From Phyllobates terribilis (lineage: Eukaryota), in the NCBI RefSeq assembly GCF_046119375.1, contig NW_027362761.1:1154688001-1154752000 (forward strand): a DNA stretch of 64,000 nt. Reading direction: 5' to 3'. Of this stretch, positions 1 to 11,386 are shown piece by piece. Below the pieces are notes generated by a model that worked only from the letters and a program-made list of their open reading frames with translations, did no database searches and had not been told where the DNA came from. Made by a program: the position numbers and the translations under genes. How positions within the stretch are numbered: the first letter of the stretch is position 1; each line of letters starts with the position of its first letter.

Positions 1-190
1 CACCTGATGGCCCTATAAAAATAGGCTTTGTGACTTTCATTGTCCCTTCTTCATAAATGAAACAGAATGTGTCTGATCATGTCTCATACACCACATGGCC
101 AGATAAGGTAATAAAATGTTAAAATGACATTTACTGGTAAATGTATTTTTCACTGTTGAAAGCAATGCAAAAGTGTAAAAACGCATCAAA
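1..190 (-). mobile_element. Internal fragment of hAT-C family element
   Basis: Reverse complement of 36198-36390 (tttgatgcg...catcagacacatcctg...tgaaagtcacaaagcctattttt...ggccatcagg). The same segment recurs at ~51890-52010 and ~54490-54650. Confidence 0.7.
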
Positions 191-1160
191 TCTTTTCTCT
201 GCTCTATGTAGAAACAGGAAGTTTCTTGTCCCTGCATGACTCATTCCCTTCTTCTACTACTGACCCAGCTGCTCCTTCTCCTCTCTGCCATAGACTTTTA
301 AAGTGACTCATAACTTGTGCAGAGAAAATTAACCTCCTGTTTCTACATAGAGCTTAGAAGAATTCAGATAGTCTGTTTTTAATCATGTGATGTCACAGAC
401 CTAATGGAAAACATAAGAATTAACTGCGTAGAAAGGCAAAATGAGTAATTATACAGTGCTCTATAATATGATGATTTCAATGTTTAAAGAGGATAAAAAT
501 TTTGATGGGAGTGCTTTTTTAAGGACATCAATGCTTAGCTTCTACAATCTGTCAAAAACCAGAAGTGGAGATGCCAACATAGACTTGAACCTAGGACACC
601 GGTGGAGCTCTACTAATACAGATATATTAGAAAATTATATAGCATTCCGTCAAAGAGAAGATTTCAGTACTGTTCATGGTTAGAATTGCAATTTCAACAT
701 AGTACACCAACACAGCAGATCAATTTAAAGGTGAATCAAAAAGTGCTTCTGTCCTTTAAATTCAACCTCTGAATGTGAACCTCTAATATTAACTTGGATG
801 TATGAAGTTAAATGAGACACTCATTTTATTGTATTCTTATGATCTGTTTGCACTAATATAATTATGTAATACACTCGTACATGTAAGTAGGGCATGATAA
901 GGTATTATTAATTGATTACTCTAATATTTAGTATTGTTAAACACTCTGAATGAGAACTATGATGAAGAGTATGGATACTAATCCTGTGCACTATGGAGAG
1001 TAGTTGTCAAGACTCAAACCCAGTTGCTCTTGTACACCAGGCGGCAGCTCTTCCCTCTGAGCTATTCGGCTTGCTGGAAAGTTCCTGGCTAACTAGATTA
1101 TAGTAGTTACTACTAGATGGTGGCCCGATTCTAACGCATCGGGTATTCTAGAATATGTAT

Positions 1161-2858
1161 GCGGCGAACCGGGTGCAATCAGCAGAGCGGTGTTTAAATT
1201 TGGCGCCGCGACCAATCAGCGAACCGTATTAGTGAGGACCAGGGAGCGGCACTGCCTGTGCCGGTACTTCCGCTGCGAGCAGCCGAGAGATGACCGGCTG
1301 CTCGCAGCAGAAGTATCCCGACCGGCGGCGCTGCTCCCCGGTCCTCCCTTCACACTTGCCTTCGGGAGATCAGCGGCCCTAGCTGCTGATCTCCCGACGG
1401 TAGCTGCATGGAGGTCAGCGGCGCCGCCGGTCGGGGTACTTATGCTGCTTCGCCGGGTCATCTCCCGGCTGCTTCGCCGCTGACCTCTGTGCAGAGCGGT
1501 GTTTAAATTTGGCACCAACATCGCTGATTGGTCGCGGCCGGCGGCCACAACCAATCAGCGAATCGTATTAGTGAGGACCGGGGAGCGGCGCTGCCTGTGC
1601 GGGTACTTCCGCTGCGAGCAGCCGGGAGATGACCGGCTGCTCGCAGCAGAAGTATCCCGACCGGCGGCACCGCTCCCCAGTCCTCCCTTCACACTTGCCG
1701 TCAGGAGATCAGCGGCCCTTGCCGCCGATCTACCGACGGTAGCCGCATGGAGGTCAGCGGCGCCGCCGGTCGGGGTACTTATGCTGCTTCGCCGGGTCAT
1801 CTCCCGGCTGCTTCGCCGTTGACCTCTGTGCAGAGCGGCGTTTAAATTTGGCGCCAATATCGCCGATTGGTCACGGCCGGCGGCCACGACCAATCAGCTA
1901 ATTGTATTAGTGAGGACCGGGGAGTGGCGCTGCCTGTGCGGGTACTTCCGCTGCGAGCAGCCGAGAAATGACCGGCTGCTCACAGCAGAAGTATCCCGAC
2001 TGGCAGCACCGCTCCCCGGTCCTCCCTTCACACTTGCCGTCGGGAGATCAGCGGCCCTAGGCGCTGATCTCCCGATGGTAGCCGCATGGAGGTCAGCCGC
2101 GCCGCCGGTCAGTTGGGGTACTTCCGCTGCGAGCAGCCGGGAGATGACCGGCTGCTCACAGCAGAAGTATCCCGACCGGCAGCACCGCTCCCCGGTCCAC
2201 CCTTCACACTTGCCGTCGGGAGATCAGCGGCCCTAGATGCTGATCTCCTGACGGTAGCCGCATGGAGGTCAGCCGCGCCGCCGGTCGGTCGGGGTACTTC
2301 CGCTGCGAGCAGCCGGGAGATGACCGGCTGCTCACAGCAGAAGTATCCCGACCGGCAGCACCGCTCCCCGGTCCTCCCTTCACACTTGCCGTCGGGAGAT
2401 CAGCGACCCTAGGCGCTGATCTCCCGACGGTAGCCGCATGGAGGTCAGCGACGCCGCCGGTCGGTCGGGGTACTTCCGCTGCGAGCAGCCGGGAGATGAC
2501 CTGCTGCTCACAGCAGAAGTATCCCGACCGGCAGCACCGCTCCCCGGTCTTCCCTTCACACTTGCCGTCGGGAGATCAGCGGCCCTAGGCACTGATCTCC
2601 CGACGGTAGCCACATGGAGGTCAGCGGCGCCGCCGGTCGGTCGGGGTACTTCTGCTGCGAGCAGCCGGGAGATGACCGGCTAGCGCCAGTCATCTCCCGG
2701 CTGCATCTCCACTGACCTCTGTGCAGAGCGGTGTTTAAATTTGGTGCCAATATCGCTGATTGGTCGCGGCAGGTGGCCGCAACCAATCAGCGAACCCTGT
2801 TAGTGTGGACCGGAGAGCGTGTTTAAATTTGGCGCCAAAATCGCTGAGCGGTCGCGAC
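1161..2858. repeat. GC/CpG-rich tandem array (176-bp core unit plus ~310-340-bp long units); continues at 30225-30430
   Basis: Near-identical ORFs recur at 1910/2086/2262/2438 (176-bp period) and at 1216/1555 (339-bp period). The unit gggtacttccgctgcgagcagccgggagatgaccggctgc... is visibly repeated. Confidence 0.9.
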
Positions 2859-3199
2859 TAGTGTTGAGCATTCCCATACTGAAATATCGGGTATCGGCAG
2901 ATATTCGCGGTATCGGAATTCCGATACTTAATTCCGATACTTTTGCAATATCGTATACCGGAATCGGAAGTTCCCATAATGCAATGAGCCATTTTCATTT
3001 TATTCAGCCAATGAGGATCCTAAGAAGTGTGGGCACATCCTGTTAGGCATGTAGGCATCTTAACTAATGGCATGGCTGTGATTGGCTGCTGAAATGATGT
3101 CATGATGCACTATAAAAGCCGCCGCCGCCATTTTGAGCTCACTCTGCTGTGAATTCAGTTAGGGCTAGGATGCTGTTGTTCTGAGGGACAGTTTTAGCT

Positions 3200-4040
3200 A
3201 CCTATTTGGTCTATTCTGCTTTACCCAAGCTACTTTATAAATCGCTGTGCCTTGCAGTGCTAGTGCACAGTTCTCTGTGCTGTTCACCGCTTTCTGCAAG
3301 GTCTCTGTGTGTGAGTGCAGCTCACCCTGTAGTGTGTGCTTCAGCCACGTCTGGTTATAGTGCACTCAGTGTGTGTCACTGCCTCATACATTGTCCTTTT
3401 TTGCCAATTCATAATTTTTCCTGATATCTCCTATTAGTGTGGTGGTTCCATCCGTATTCAGCTAAATTTGTTCCAAACACACTATATAGGAGTAGATAGA
3501 GAAATTTTTTTGGTCTTGCAGCGCTAGTGCACAGTGCTCTGCATCTGTACTGTTCACCGCTGTCTGCAAGGTCTGGTGTGTGAGTGCAGCTCACCCTGTA
3601 GTGTGTGCTTCAACCACGTCTGGTTGTAGTGCACTCAGTGTGTGTCACTGCCTCATACATTGTCCTTTTTTGCCAATTCATAATTTTTCCTGATATCTCC
3701 TATTAGTGTGGTGGTTCCATCCGTATTCAGCTAAATTGGTTCCAAACACACTATATAGGAGTAGATAGAGAAATTTTTTTGGTCTTGCAGCGCTAGTGCA
3801 CAGTGCTCTGCATCTGTACTGTTCACCGCTGTCTGCAAGGTCTGGTGTGTGAGTGCAGCTCACCCTGTAGTGTGTGCTTCAACCACGTCTGGTTGTAGTG
3901 CACTCAGTGTGTGTCACTGCCTCATACATTGTCCTTTTTTGCCAATTCATAATTTTTCCTGATTTCTCCTATTAGTGTGGTGGTTCCATCCGTTTTCAGC
4001 TAAATTGGTTCCAAACACACTATATAGGAGTAGTTAGAGG
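3200..4040. repeat. 269-bp tandem repeat, ~3 copies, upstream of the hAT-A transposase
   Basis: Identical ORFs at 3409 and 3678 (269-bp offset). A third copy runs to ~4040. Confidence 0.9.
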
Positions 4041-4394
4041 AGCCTTTCTGCAGCATTGGGCCCTGCAGCCCCAGCCAGATTAGTATTAGCCTATTTTTTG
4101 CAGCCTCATCTATTGCATTGTAGGTTACCTTCCTACATTGTAATAGCTACAAAAAGTTTGTGATACTATCATTATTACATCTTTAGGCACATCCAGTGTC
4201 TTTTTGTGACAAAAAAAACCTAAATAAAGTTCACCAAACACTCCACTTTACAGTTGTGTAGGCCACATTAGCTCATATTAAAGTCTAGTCCACACTTTAT
4301 AAAATTAGTGTTTCTTATACCTGTTAGCAGCTGTTCAGGAATAAGCACACTAAGCCCTTAGTACTTTTCTGCCTATCTTTATCAGTCTACCAAG

Positions 4395-6823
4395 ATGAAG
4401 AAGGCAGGGAGTAAGGCATGTGGGCGTGGGCGTGGGCATGGAGTTTCTGCAGGGAGAGGACGTGAGGATTCTGTGCCTGCAGGGAGAGGACGTGGGGATT
4501 CTGTGCCTGCTGCGGGCACCAGTGACTCAGCATCCCCCAGTTTTACCAGGGAACAGTCCTTTATGCGCAGCTTTGTAGGAGCTAGCCGTACCCCACTGCT
4601 GCGGGAGGACCAAATTGAAGCCGTTGTCGGATGGATGGCAGCTAACGCATCGACTTCAATTAGTTCCAGATCCTCTCAGGTCCTGAGCACTGAAGAGCAC
4701 CCATCTGTCTCTTCACCACCTGCCAAATTGTCCAGGCAGTCAGAGAGCCCTGGACAGGAGCCATCTCTACTTCTGTTCTCTGAATCTCTTGGCTTGGAAA
4801 GAGGGGGCCAGCCAAGCAGAATTCGAGAATTTGAAGAAGAGGTAGTATGCAGTGATGCGCAACCGTTATGTCTCTCTGAATCTGAAGAGGCGGGTGGGCC
4901 AGTGCCTATGGTCAGCAGCACACCTCAGTACGCATCTGATGATGAGACTCAGGTGCCACTTTCTGGTGCGTACTGTGCTGTCGAGACTACCCAGGAGAAG
5001 CAGTTGTTTGAAGAGGGTGGTGTAGATGATGAGGTCCTTGACCCATCATGGCGTGAGGGACAGGAAGGTGGTGGGAGCAGCTCTGAGGAAGAGATTCCCC
5101 GAACTGCCCAAAAAGGAGGGAGAGGGAGGGGGCAGACTTGGTTGCCTGTAGCCTCCACTTCGGCACCCATTAGGAGCATGGCTCTTCCAAAATCCAAAGC
5201 GGGCGCTCCCAAGACTTGCAGTGCCTGGTCCTTTTTTGACACAGTTGCAGATGACATTTGCGTTGTCAAATGCAAGCTGTGTAATCAGAAGGTGAAAAGA
5301 GGGAAAAATGTCAGCAACCTCAATACCACAAATATGTGGAAACATGTGCGGACCAAGCACGTGGTGGAGTTACAAAAACACACTGAAGACCTAGGCCAAC
5401 CTACAGCGCCACCTACCACCTCTTCAGCTCGTGTTGTAGCCTCTTCCTCCAGCTCACACACAGCTGGTTCGGCTTCCTCACAGGATCGCCATGGAAGAAT
5501 CTCTGGCACTGTTGTACAGAAACACAGTGTAATTCCACCCACAGCACCACTTTCCCAGTCATCCTCACACTCCCAGGCCAGTCTACAGCCATCGTTAGCA
5601 CAGGCATGAGAGAAAAAGGCACCCATACTCGGCAAACCACCCCCGAGCACAGGCTCTGAATGCTGGCATTGCTAAACTACTGGCCCTTGAAATGCTATCA
5701 TTCAGGCTGGTGGAGACTGACACATTCCGTAACTTTATGGCATTGGCAGTCCCACAATACAACGTGCCCAGCCAATTTTATTTCAGCAGGCAAGCCGTCC
5801 CTGCCCTGCAACATCATGTGGAGGGAAAAATTAAACATGCGCTACAAAACGCCGTCAGTAGCAAGGTCCACCTGACCACCGGTGGACCAGTAAGCATGGA
5901 CAGGGACGATACCTTTCCCTCACTGCCCATTGGGTAAATGTTGTGGAGCCGGGTACAGATCTTGAGAGTGGCGCTGTACGTGTTCTGCCAACTCCAAGGA
6001 TTGCAGGAATCCAGTCTGTACACATTGACTCCTCCTCATACTCCAGTTCCTCTGAATCAGCGCTGCAGGAGCCGTCACGGTCTACCTCCACATCGATCCG
6101 TGAACGGTTACCTGTTATGGTGACCAATATGAGCACAGCCGTGGCCAAACGTCAACAGGCCGTATTAAAATTAATTTCTTTGGGGAATCGAAGCCACACA
6201 GCGCAGGAGCTCTGGAATGCCATCAAGCAGCAGAGCGACGTGTGGTTTGTGCCAGCGAATCTCCAGCCAGGCATGGTAGTGTGTGACAATGGCCGAAATC
6301 TGGTGGCAGCTCTGGGCCTAGGCAACCTCACTCACATCCCATGTCTGGCACATGTGCTCAACTTGGTCATGCAGAGTATTTTGAGGGACTATCCGGATCT
6401 TGATGCACTGCTTCACAAAGTCCGCATAGAGTGCGCTCACTTGCGGCGTTCCAGCAATGCAAGATCACGCATTGCAGCTCTGCAGCGCCGATTACGTCTT
6501 CCGGAACATCGCATCATATGTGACCTACCCACCAGGTGGAATTCAACGTTACATATGTTGGAGAGGTTGTGTGAGCAGCAGGCAGCAGTAATGGAGTACC
6601 AGCTGCAGCAGGCGCAAACAAGTCGCAGTGCGCGCCGTTCACACTTCACCACCACTGAGTGGGCCTCTATGAAGGACATTTGCCACGTTTTGCGTGCCTT
6701 CGATTATTCCACGCGGATGGCGAGTGCAGATGATGCACTAGTCAGCATGACTATCCCCCTTATCTGCCTGCTTGAAAAAACACTGCGAGCACTAAGGGGC
6801 GAGGTTTTGGAAGAGGTGGAGGA
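4395..6823 (+). pseudogene. hAT-A transposase, N-terminal and central part (BED zinc finger, catalytic core), disrupted
   Basis: BED finger AWSFF...CKLC...MWKHVRTKH, plus VVCDNGRN, HIPCLAHVLNL and CDLPTRWNST motifs. Lesions: TGA at 5607-5609 with an adjacent frameshift, a small deletion at ~5880 removing the Asp of the TTDTWT motif, and the hAT-B1 insertion at 6824. Confidence 0.9.
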
Positions 6824-7326
6824 TAGTGTTGAGCCACCCCCGTAGTGTTCGAGTTCGGTTCGGTTCGTCGAACACCCGTGTGTTCGCCGAACTGTTCGTC
6901 GAACTGTTCGTCGAACACCTTCGAACACCATTAAAACCAATGGCAGGCAAACAAAAACACATAGAAACACATAGAAAACACCTTCAAAGGTGTCCAAAAG
7001 CTGACAAACTGCTCAGAAGACACAACTAACACATGGAAAAGTGACAAGTACATATAGTCATGTGAAAAGAAAAGAGGTGGAGGAGTAAAAGGAGGGGGAG
7101 ACACAGATATAGGCATGTCATGCCCTTCTAAAATCCAAAAAGTGAGAAGCCGACACGTTCAGTCCGCTCCTGCCCGTGCCACCTCCGTGTCGCCGGGTTT
7201 GTGCCAGAGCCGCGGTGATCCCTGACGGCCAGCCCCCCTCTCCCAATACTGGTGCCTGTCCGCTGGTGGGTCGAGCGAGCCCCCCTGTGGTGGAAGCAGC
7301 TCTAAGCTTTTTAATTTAAATTGTCT

Positions 7327-7593
7327 CTCTAATTTGAATAAATACACTTTAAATCCATTTACAAGGATCTATTGGAGGGCAAGTCTCATGCCAGCAGCCA
7401 CGTAATTCCAGCTCCAGTAGCGTCCACTAAAGCTGCTGCAGTTAAAAAGCTTTTATAAGGATCGAGCTCGGCTGTCCACCGCAAGGCATCCTACTGCCAG
7501 TCCGAGCCCCTATGCCTTGGGGTGCCTCCTGATGCTCTTCACTGAGTATCCCGTGGTCCCGAAGCATTTCCTTTGAAAAAATGAAGTGTCCAA
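7327..7593 (+). rRNA. 18S rRNA (fragment): Degenerate, non-functional 18S rRNA fragment carried inside hAT-B1
   Basis: tacactttaaatcc...ggatctattggagggcaagtctcatgccagcagcc...taattccagctcca...gctgcagttaaaaagc...gatgctctt...gaagcattt.ctttgaaaaaat matches the conserved vertebrate 18S segment around the GTGCCAGCAGCCGCGGTAATTCCAGCTCC motif and the following variable region. Confidence 0.9.
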
Positions 7594-7754
7594 ACTACAG
7601 GTGGTGTAGCTTGCTTAACAGCCGGGATAATCCGCTGACTAGCAGACCCTGCTACTAGGCACAAAGTATTTCCTGGGCTAGATGCAGTTAAAAATTTGTA
7701 ATTAGATACTCTCGTTGGATGCTGAGAAAGTCTCCTGGCACGCCATATATGATT

Positions 7755-9500
7755 CTCTTAAAAAGCTTGGGGTAGGGGTCTAGGGGACCCTTTTATAGCC
7801 AAAATCACGGCCCTGTATCGCAATACGTCACCTAGGCTGAAGATAAATGGAACTGTAGCACCCTGAGGGCTCGGTTGCTACAGAGGTATTGCACCTCACC
7901 CAGAGGTGTGATATCTCACTCTCAGATAAGGATGTAGTGTGGATCAGGACCCGACACCTGCATGCATTACACCACATTGCCGTGGGGCAGGGCGACCAAT
8001 ATGCCCCTGAGATGGGCACGACAGTCCCTGTCCCTGGCTGGAGTGGGGGGAGGGAACACTGAGGAAGAGGAACCCTGTAGTGCAGGAGCAGGGAGGAAGC
8101 AGTTCCTGGGTGCATTGAGAAGGGAGTATAAAAGGTGGGCACCATCTTAGTTCAGTGCAGAGAAGTCTGAGCAGAAGTGGCAGGGAGCAGGGGATCTGCT
8201 CCGGAGGCGGGCCTAGTAACAGAGGCCCAGGCCTGGAAGAGGGAGAAGGAAGGAAGAGGAGCGGAGAAGGCTCCAGGAACGAGGAACGAAGGGATCTCAG
8301 GGGTGCGGACGGGCGATTCGCCACCGCACGCCCGAATCCACCTGCGTGGAGGGGTCAGGCCAAAGGGGGAGACCGGTCCCCGAAACTAGTGGAGGCAGGA
8401 AACGACCCTCAGTTGAAACAGGAGGCTGTGACATTTTATGTGGCGCAGCCACTCGCTACACCAGCTAGGAAGGCACCACATAGGGTCAGGGAAACTGGCG
8501 CCAAGTTTACCAAGAGGAGGCCCGAGGCAGCCGGACAGAAGGGTTGGTAAGAAAGGCCAGACAAAGGACACACAAAGGGGGTCCTGCGAAGCACTCCAAA
8601 GTTATCTGGGAGTTGTCTGAGCCCCGCACCTGGTGAGCACAGTACGACGTGGGCAGCCGTTACATGCAGACGTGGTCTGGATAATAAGAACTGTGAGTAA
8701 AGGCCCTGGACTGCATCACTGACTCCGTGTCATTACTGCTGCTGCCCTGCACCATCACCCCATCCTCCGCATACACTGCCCTGAGGCTATACTCCTCCCG
8801 TGGGGAGTTATGCTACGCTCTGCTGCACCCACAACACCAGCCTCAGCGGTCTGCCCTGGAGCGGCGGTTCACTCTGACCGCAATCCACGGGTGGCGTAGT
8901 TGGACATTTAAACATCAAAACCAAATAAATAGTTCCGCCACTGGTTTGACCGCCCTGAGCCACGGAACCGGGTCGCCGCCACGGAGACTACAACCACCAG
9001 CATCCACCAAAAAGGGTCCGGCTCCGGGTGTCCCAAGGCCCAGGGGGCGCGTCAGAACATTTTCATCACCTTTCACAATCACCAATGGGACAAGGCAGGG
9101 ATGTTCTCTGTCCCCTCTCTTATACATCCTAGTGACGGAGCACCTGCTCTCATCAATTCGCCATAACCCCAATATTAGGTGGATTGAGGTGGGAGGCACC
9201 GAGTACAAGTGCTCTCTATTTGCTGATGATGTCCTAGTATATATCACTCAATCACATATATCCATCCATGCTGTTATGGCTGAAATAGATCACTTTGTTA
9301 CATGGTCAAATTTTAAAATCAATGCAGCGAAGTCTGAGGCCCTCGATGTCTCCCTCCCCAAATCCATATAGGATTCCATCCAGTCCAACTTTCCCTTTGC
9401 CTGGCCCTCACAGGGTATCAAATACTTAGGAATTCCTATTCATAGAGACCTCTCCCATCTATGTTATCTTAATTTTGGGCCCTTTATTGAACAACTCCAT
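7755..9500 (+). pseudogene. L1-clade reverse transcriptase fragment (cargo of hAT-B), split by a solo LTR
   Basis: 7755-7853 joined to 9055-9500 encodes [30 protein letters not shown]...SLFADDVLVY...FKINAAKSE (QGCxLSP and FADD motifs). An uninterrupted copy lies at 62190-62526. Confidence 0.85.
7854..9054. mobile_element. Solo LTR (1201 bp, Gypsy-like)
   Basis: TG...CA ends and a 4-bp TSD GAAC (7850-7853, 9055-9058). The empty site ...ataaatggaacattttcatc... is present in hAT-B2 at ~62280. Confidence 0.85.
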
Positions 9501-9576
9501 ACAGACCACGGTTGGCAAGTTAGAACTGTAAGATTCACTACGTGAACCACTGGTGTTTTGTGGAAAAGCACATGTA

Positions 9577-10936
9577 CACTGTGTTCCAAATTATTATGCA
9601 AAAAGTGTTTAGGAGTGATAAGGGAAGAATTTGTTTGTTTGTCAGTTAAACTCATTGATGGTGATGTGTGTCAGGGCTCTTTATATCACTGTAAGCAATT
9701 GCAGATACCTGTGCTAATTAGTTTGGCAGGTGTGTCCAATGAAAGGCAAGACTACTTAAGAAGGCTGTCTCACATTATTAAGCAGCCTACATTTTCTGCC
9801 AAAATGGGAAAGAAAAAGAATGTGTCGGCTGCTGAGAAGCAACAAATTGTGGAGTGTTTAGGTCAAGGCATGACTACAATCAACATTGTGCGATGATCAG
9901 GATGAAGTGTCTTGGCAATCAAGAAGTATGTAGCTGATTCACAGTACACACGTGTGCGTGCTGATAAGGGCAAATTGAGGACTCTTTCCTACAGGCAATT
10001 ACGTCAGGTTGAAAGAGCAGCGGCAAAAAAGCCTTGTCATAGCAGCAGACAAGTTTTTGAAGCTGCTTGTGCCTCCAACGTCCCCCGAACAACAAGATGC
10101 AGGGTCCTTCAGAGGTTTGCAGCTGTGCATACACCATCCTGTCGACCTCCTCTATCCACTTCACACAAGCAGAAACGGCTCCAGTGGGCCAAACATTACA
10201 TGAAGACTGATTTCAAAACTGTTTTGTTCACGGATGAGTGCCGTGCAGCGCTCGATGGTCCAGATGGATGGAGTGGAGAATGGCTGGTTGATGGACACCC
10301 CACGCAAACACGGCTACAGCGCCAACAAGGAGGAGGTGGAGTAATGTTTTGGGCTGGAATCATGGGGAGAGAGATTGTCGGCCCCTTTAGGATCCCTGAA
10401 GGCGCTAAAGATGAACTCCATAATGTATGTGGATTTTCTCAAACAGCACTTCCTGCCATGGTTCAAGAAGAAGAACCGTGTATTTCACAGCAAGATCATT
10501 TTTCTGCATGATAATGCACCATCTCATGCTGCACATAAAACATCTGCATCTCTGGCTGATATGGGCATAAAAGGGGACAAACTTATGGTGTGACCCCCAT
10601 GCTCCCCTGACCTCTACCCCATTCAGAACCTTTGGAGCATCATTAAAAGGAGTGTCTATGATGGCGGGAGGCAGTTCACATCTAAGCAACAGCTCTGGGA
10701 GGGTATTCTGTCCTCATGCAAAACAATTGAAGCAGAAACCATCCAAAACCTGACAAATTCAATGAACGAGAGAGTTCAGAAGCTCCTTTCGAACAAGGGG
10801 TCCTATGTGAAAATGTAACATCACCTAGAATAAAGTTTTGAGTTGAAAACTGTTTGATTTCAGTTTCTAACAACCTGCTAATGCTTATAATTTCAAAAAT
10901 GACCATTTTTTTGGTCTTTATTAAAATGAAAAGGTT
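9577..10936 (+). mobile_element. Tc1-superfamily transposon with DD37E spacing (TRT-like), pseudogenised, right end lost
   Basis: TA followed by left TIR CACTGTGTTCCAAATTATTATGCA. Transposase remnants MGKKKNV..., VLFTDEC..., VMFWAG, FLHDNAPSH...*PPCSPDLYPIQNLW with stops and frameshifts. Confidence 0.88.
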
Positions 10937-11059
10937 GATCGAAAAGTTTGGGGGATCTAAGAGTGTGGCAACCCAGTAGTCATGATTACTTCGAATTCTG
11001 ACAATATGAGGGTCATGCTGCAGGTAGTGCAGCAAGAAGGCACTTATGTGTCTTGCGCA

Positions 11060-11340
11060 TCTCGGAGCCCCAAAATTATTTTCCGGGCTAGATGCAGCTA
11101 AAAATTATTTTTAATTTTAAATCTGGTGAAGCTTTAGTATAGATGGCCTAATAGGATCAGTGCTGCACACTGCTACAAAGCCCAAATTATTTTCCAGTCA
11201 AGATACAGATAAACTTGATTAGTAATTTTAAATCTGGTGGAGCTTATTATAGATGGCCTAATAGAATCAGTGCTGCACACTGCTACAAAGCCCAAATTAT
11301 TTTCCAGCCAAGATACAGATAAACATGATTAGTAATTTGA
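11060..11340. repeat. 110-bp tandem repeat (~2.5 copies) just 3' of the hAT-B transposase
   Basis: tgctgcacactgctacaaagcccaaattattttcc occurs at 11161 and 11271. It is homologous to the 108-bp array at 15205-16565. Confidence 0.8.
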
Positions 11341-11386
11341 AAGCTTAAAACGGTTGGTAGGGTGATTTTAACCAATCATCAAGCTT

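Noticed and set aside
1190-2786. Many repeated ~80-110-aa ORFs in the GC-rich array
   Set aside because: They arise on both strands from stop-poor GC-rich tandem DNA and have no recognisable domain.
7327-7593. Functional 18S rRNA gene or rDNA locus
   Set aside because: Only ~270 bp, with substitutions in universally conserved positions and a deletion. No adjoining 18S, 5.8S or 28S sequence.
8727-9371. 214-aa ORF as a real gene
   Set aside because: Chimeric: the N-terminal half is solo-LTR sequence fortuitously in frame with the L1 RT fragment.
10682-11035. 117-aa minus-strand ORF with a hAT-like start
   Set aside because: Reads from the partial transposase duplicate into antisense Tc1 sequence, so it is a junction artefact.
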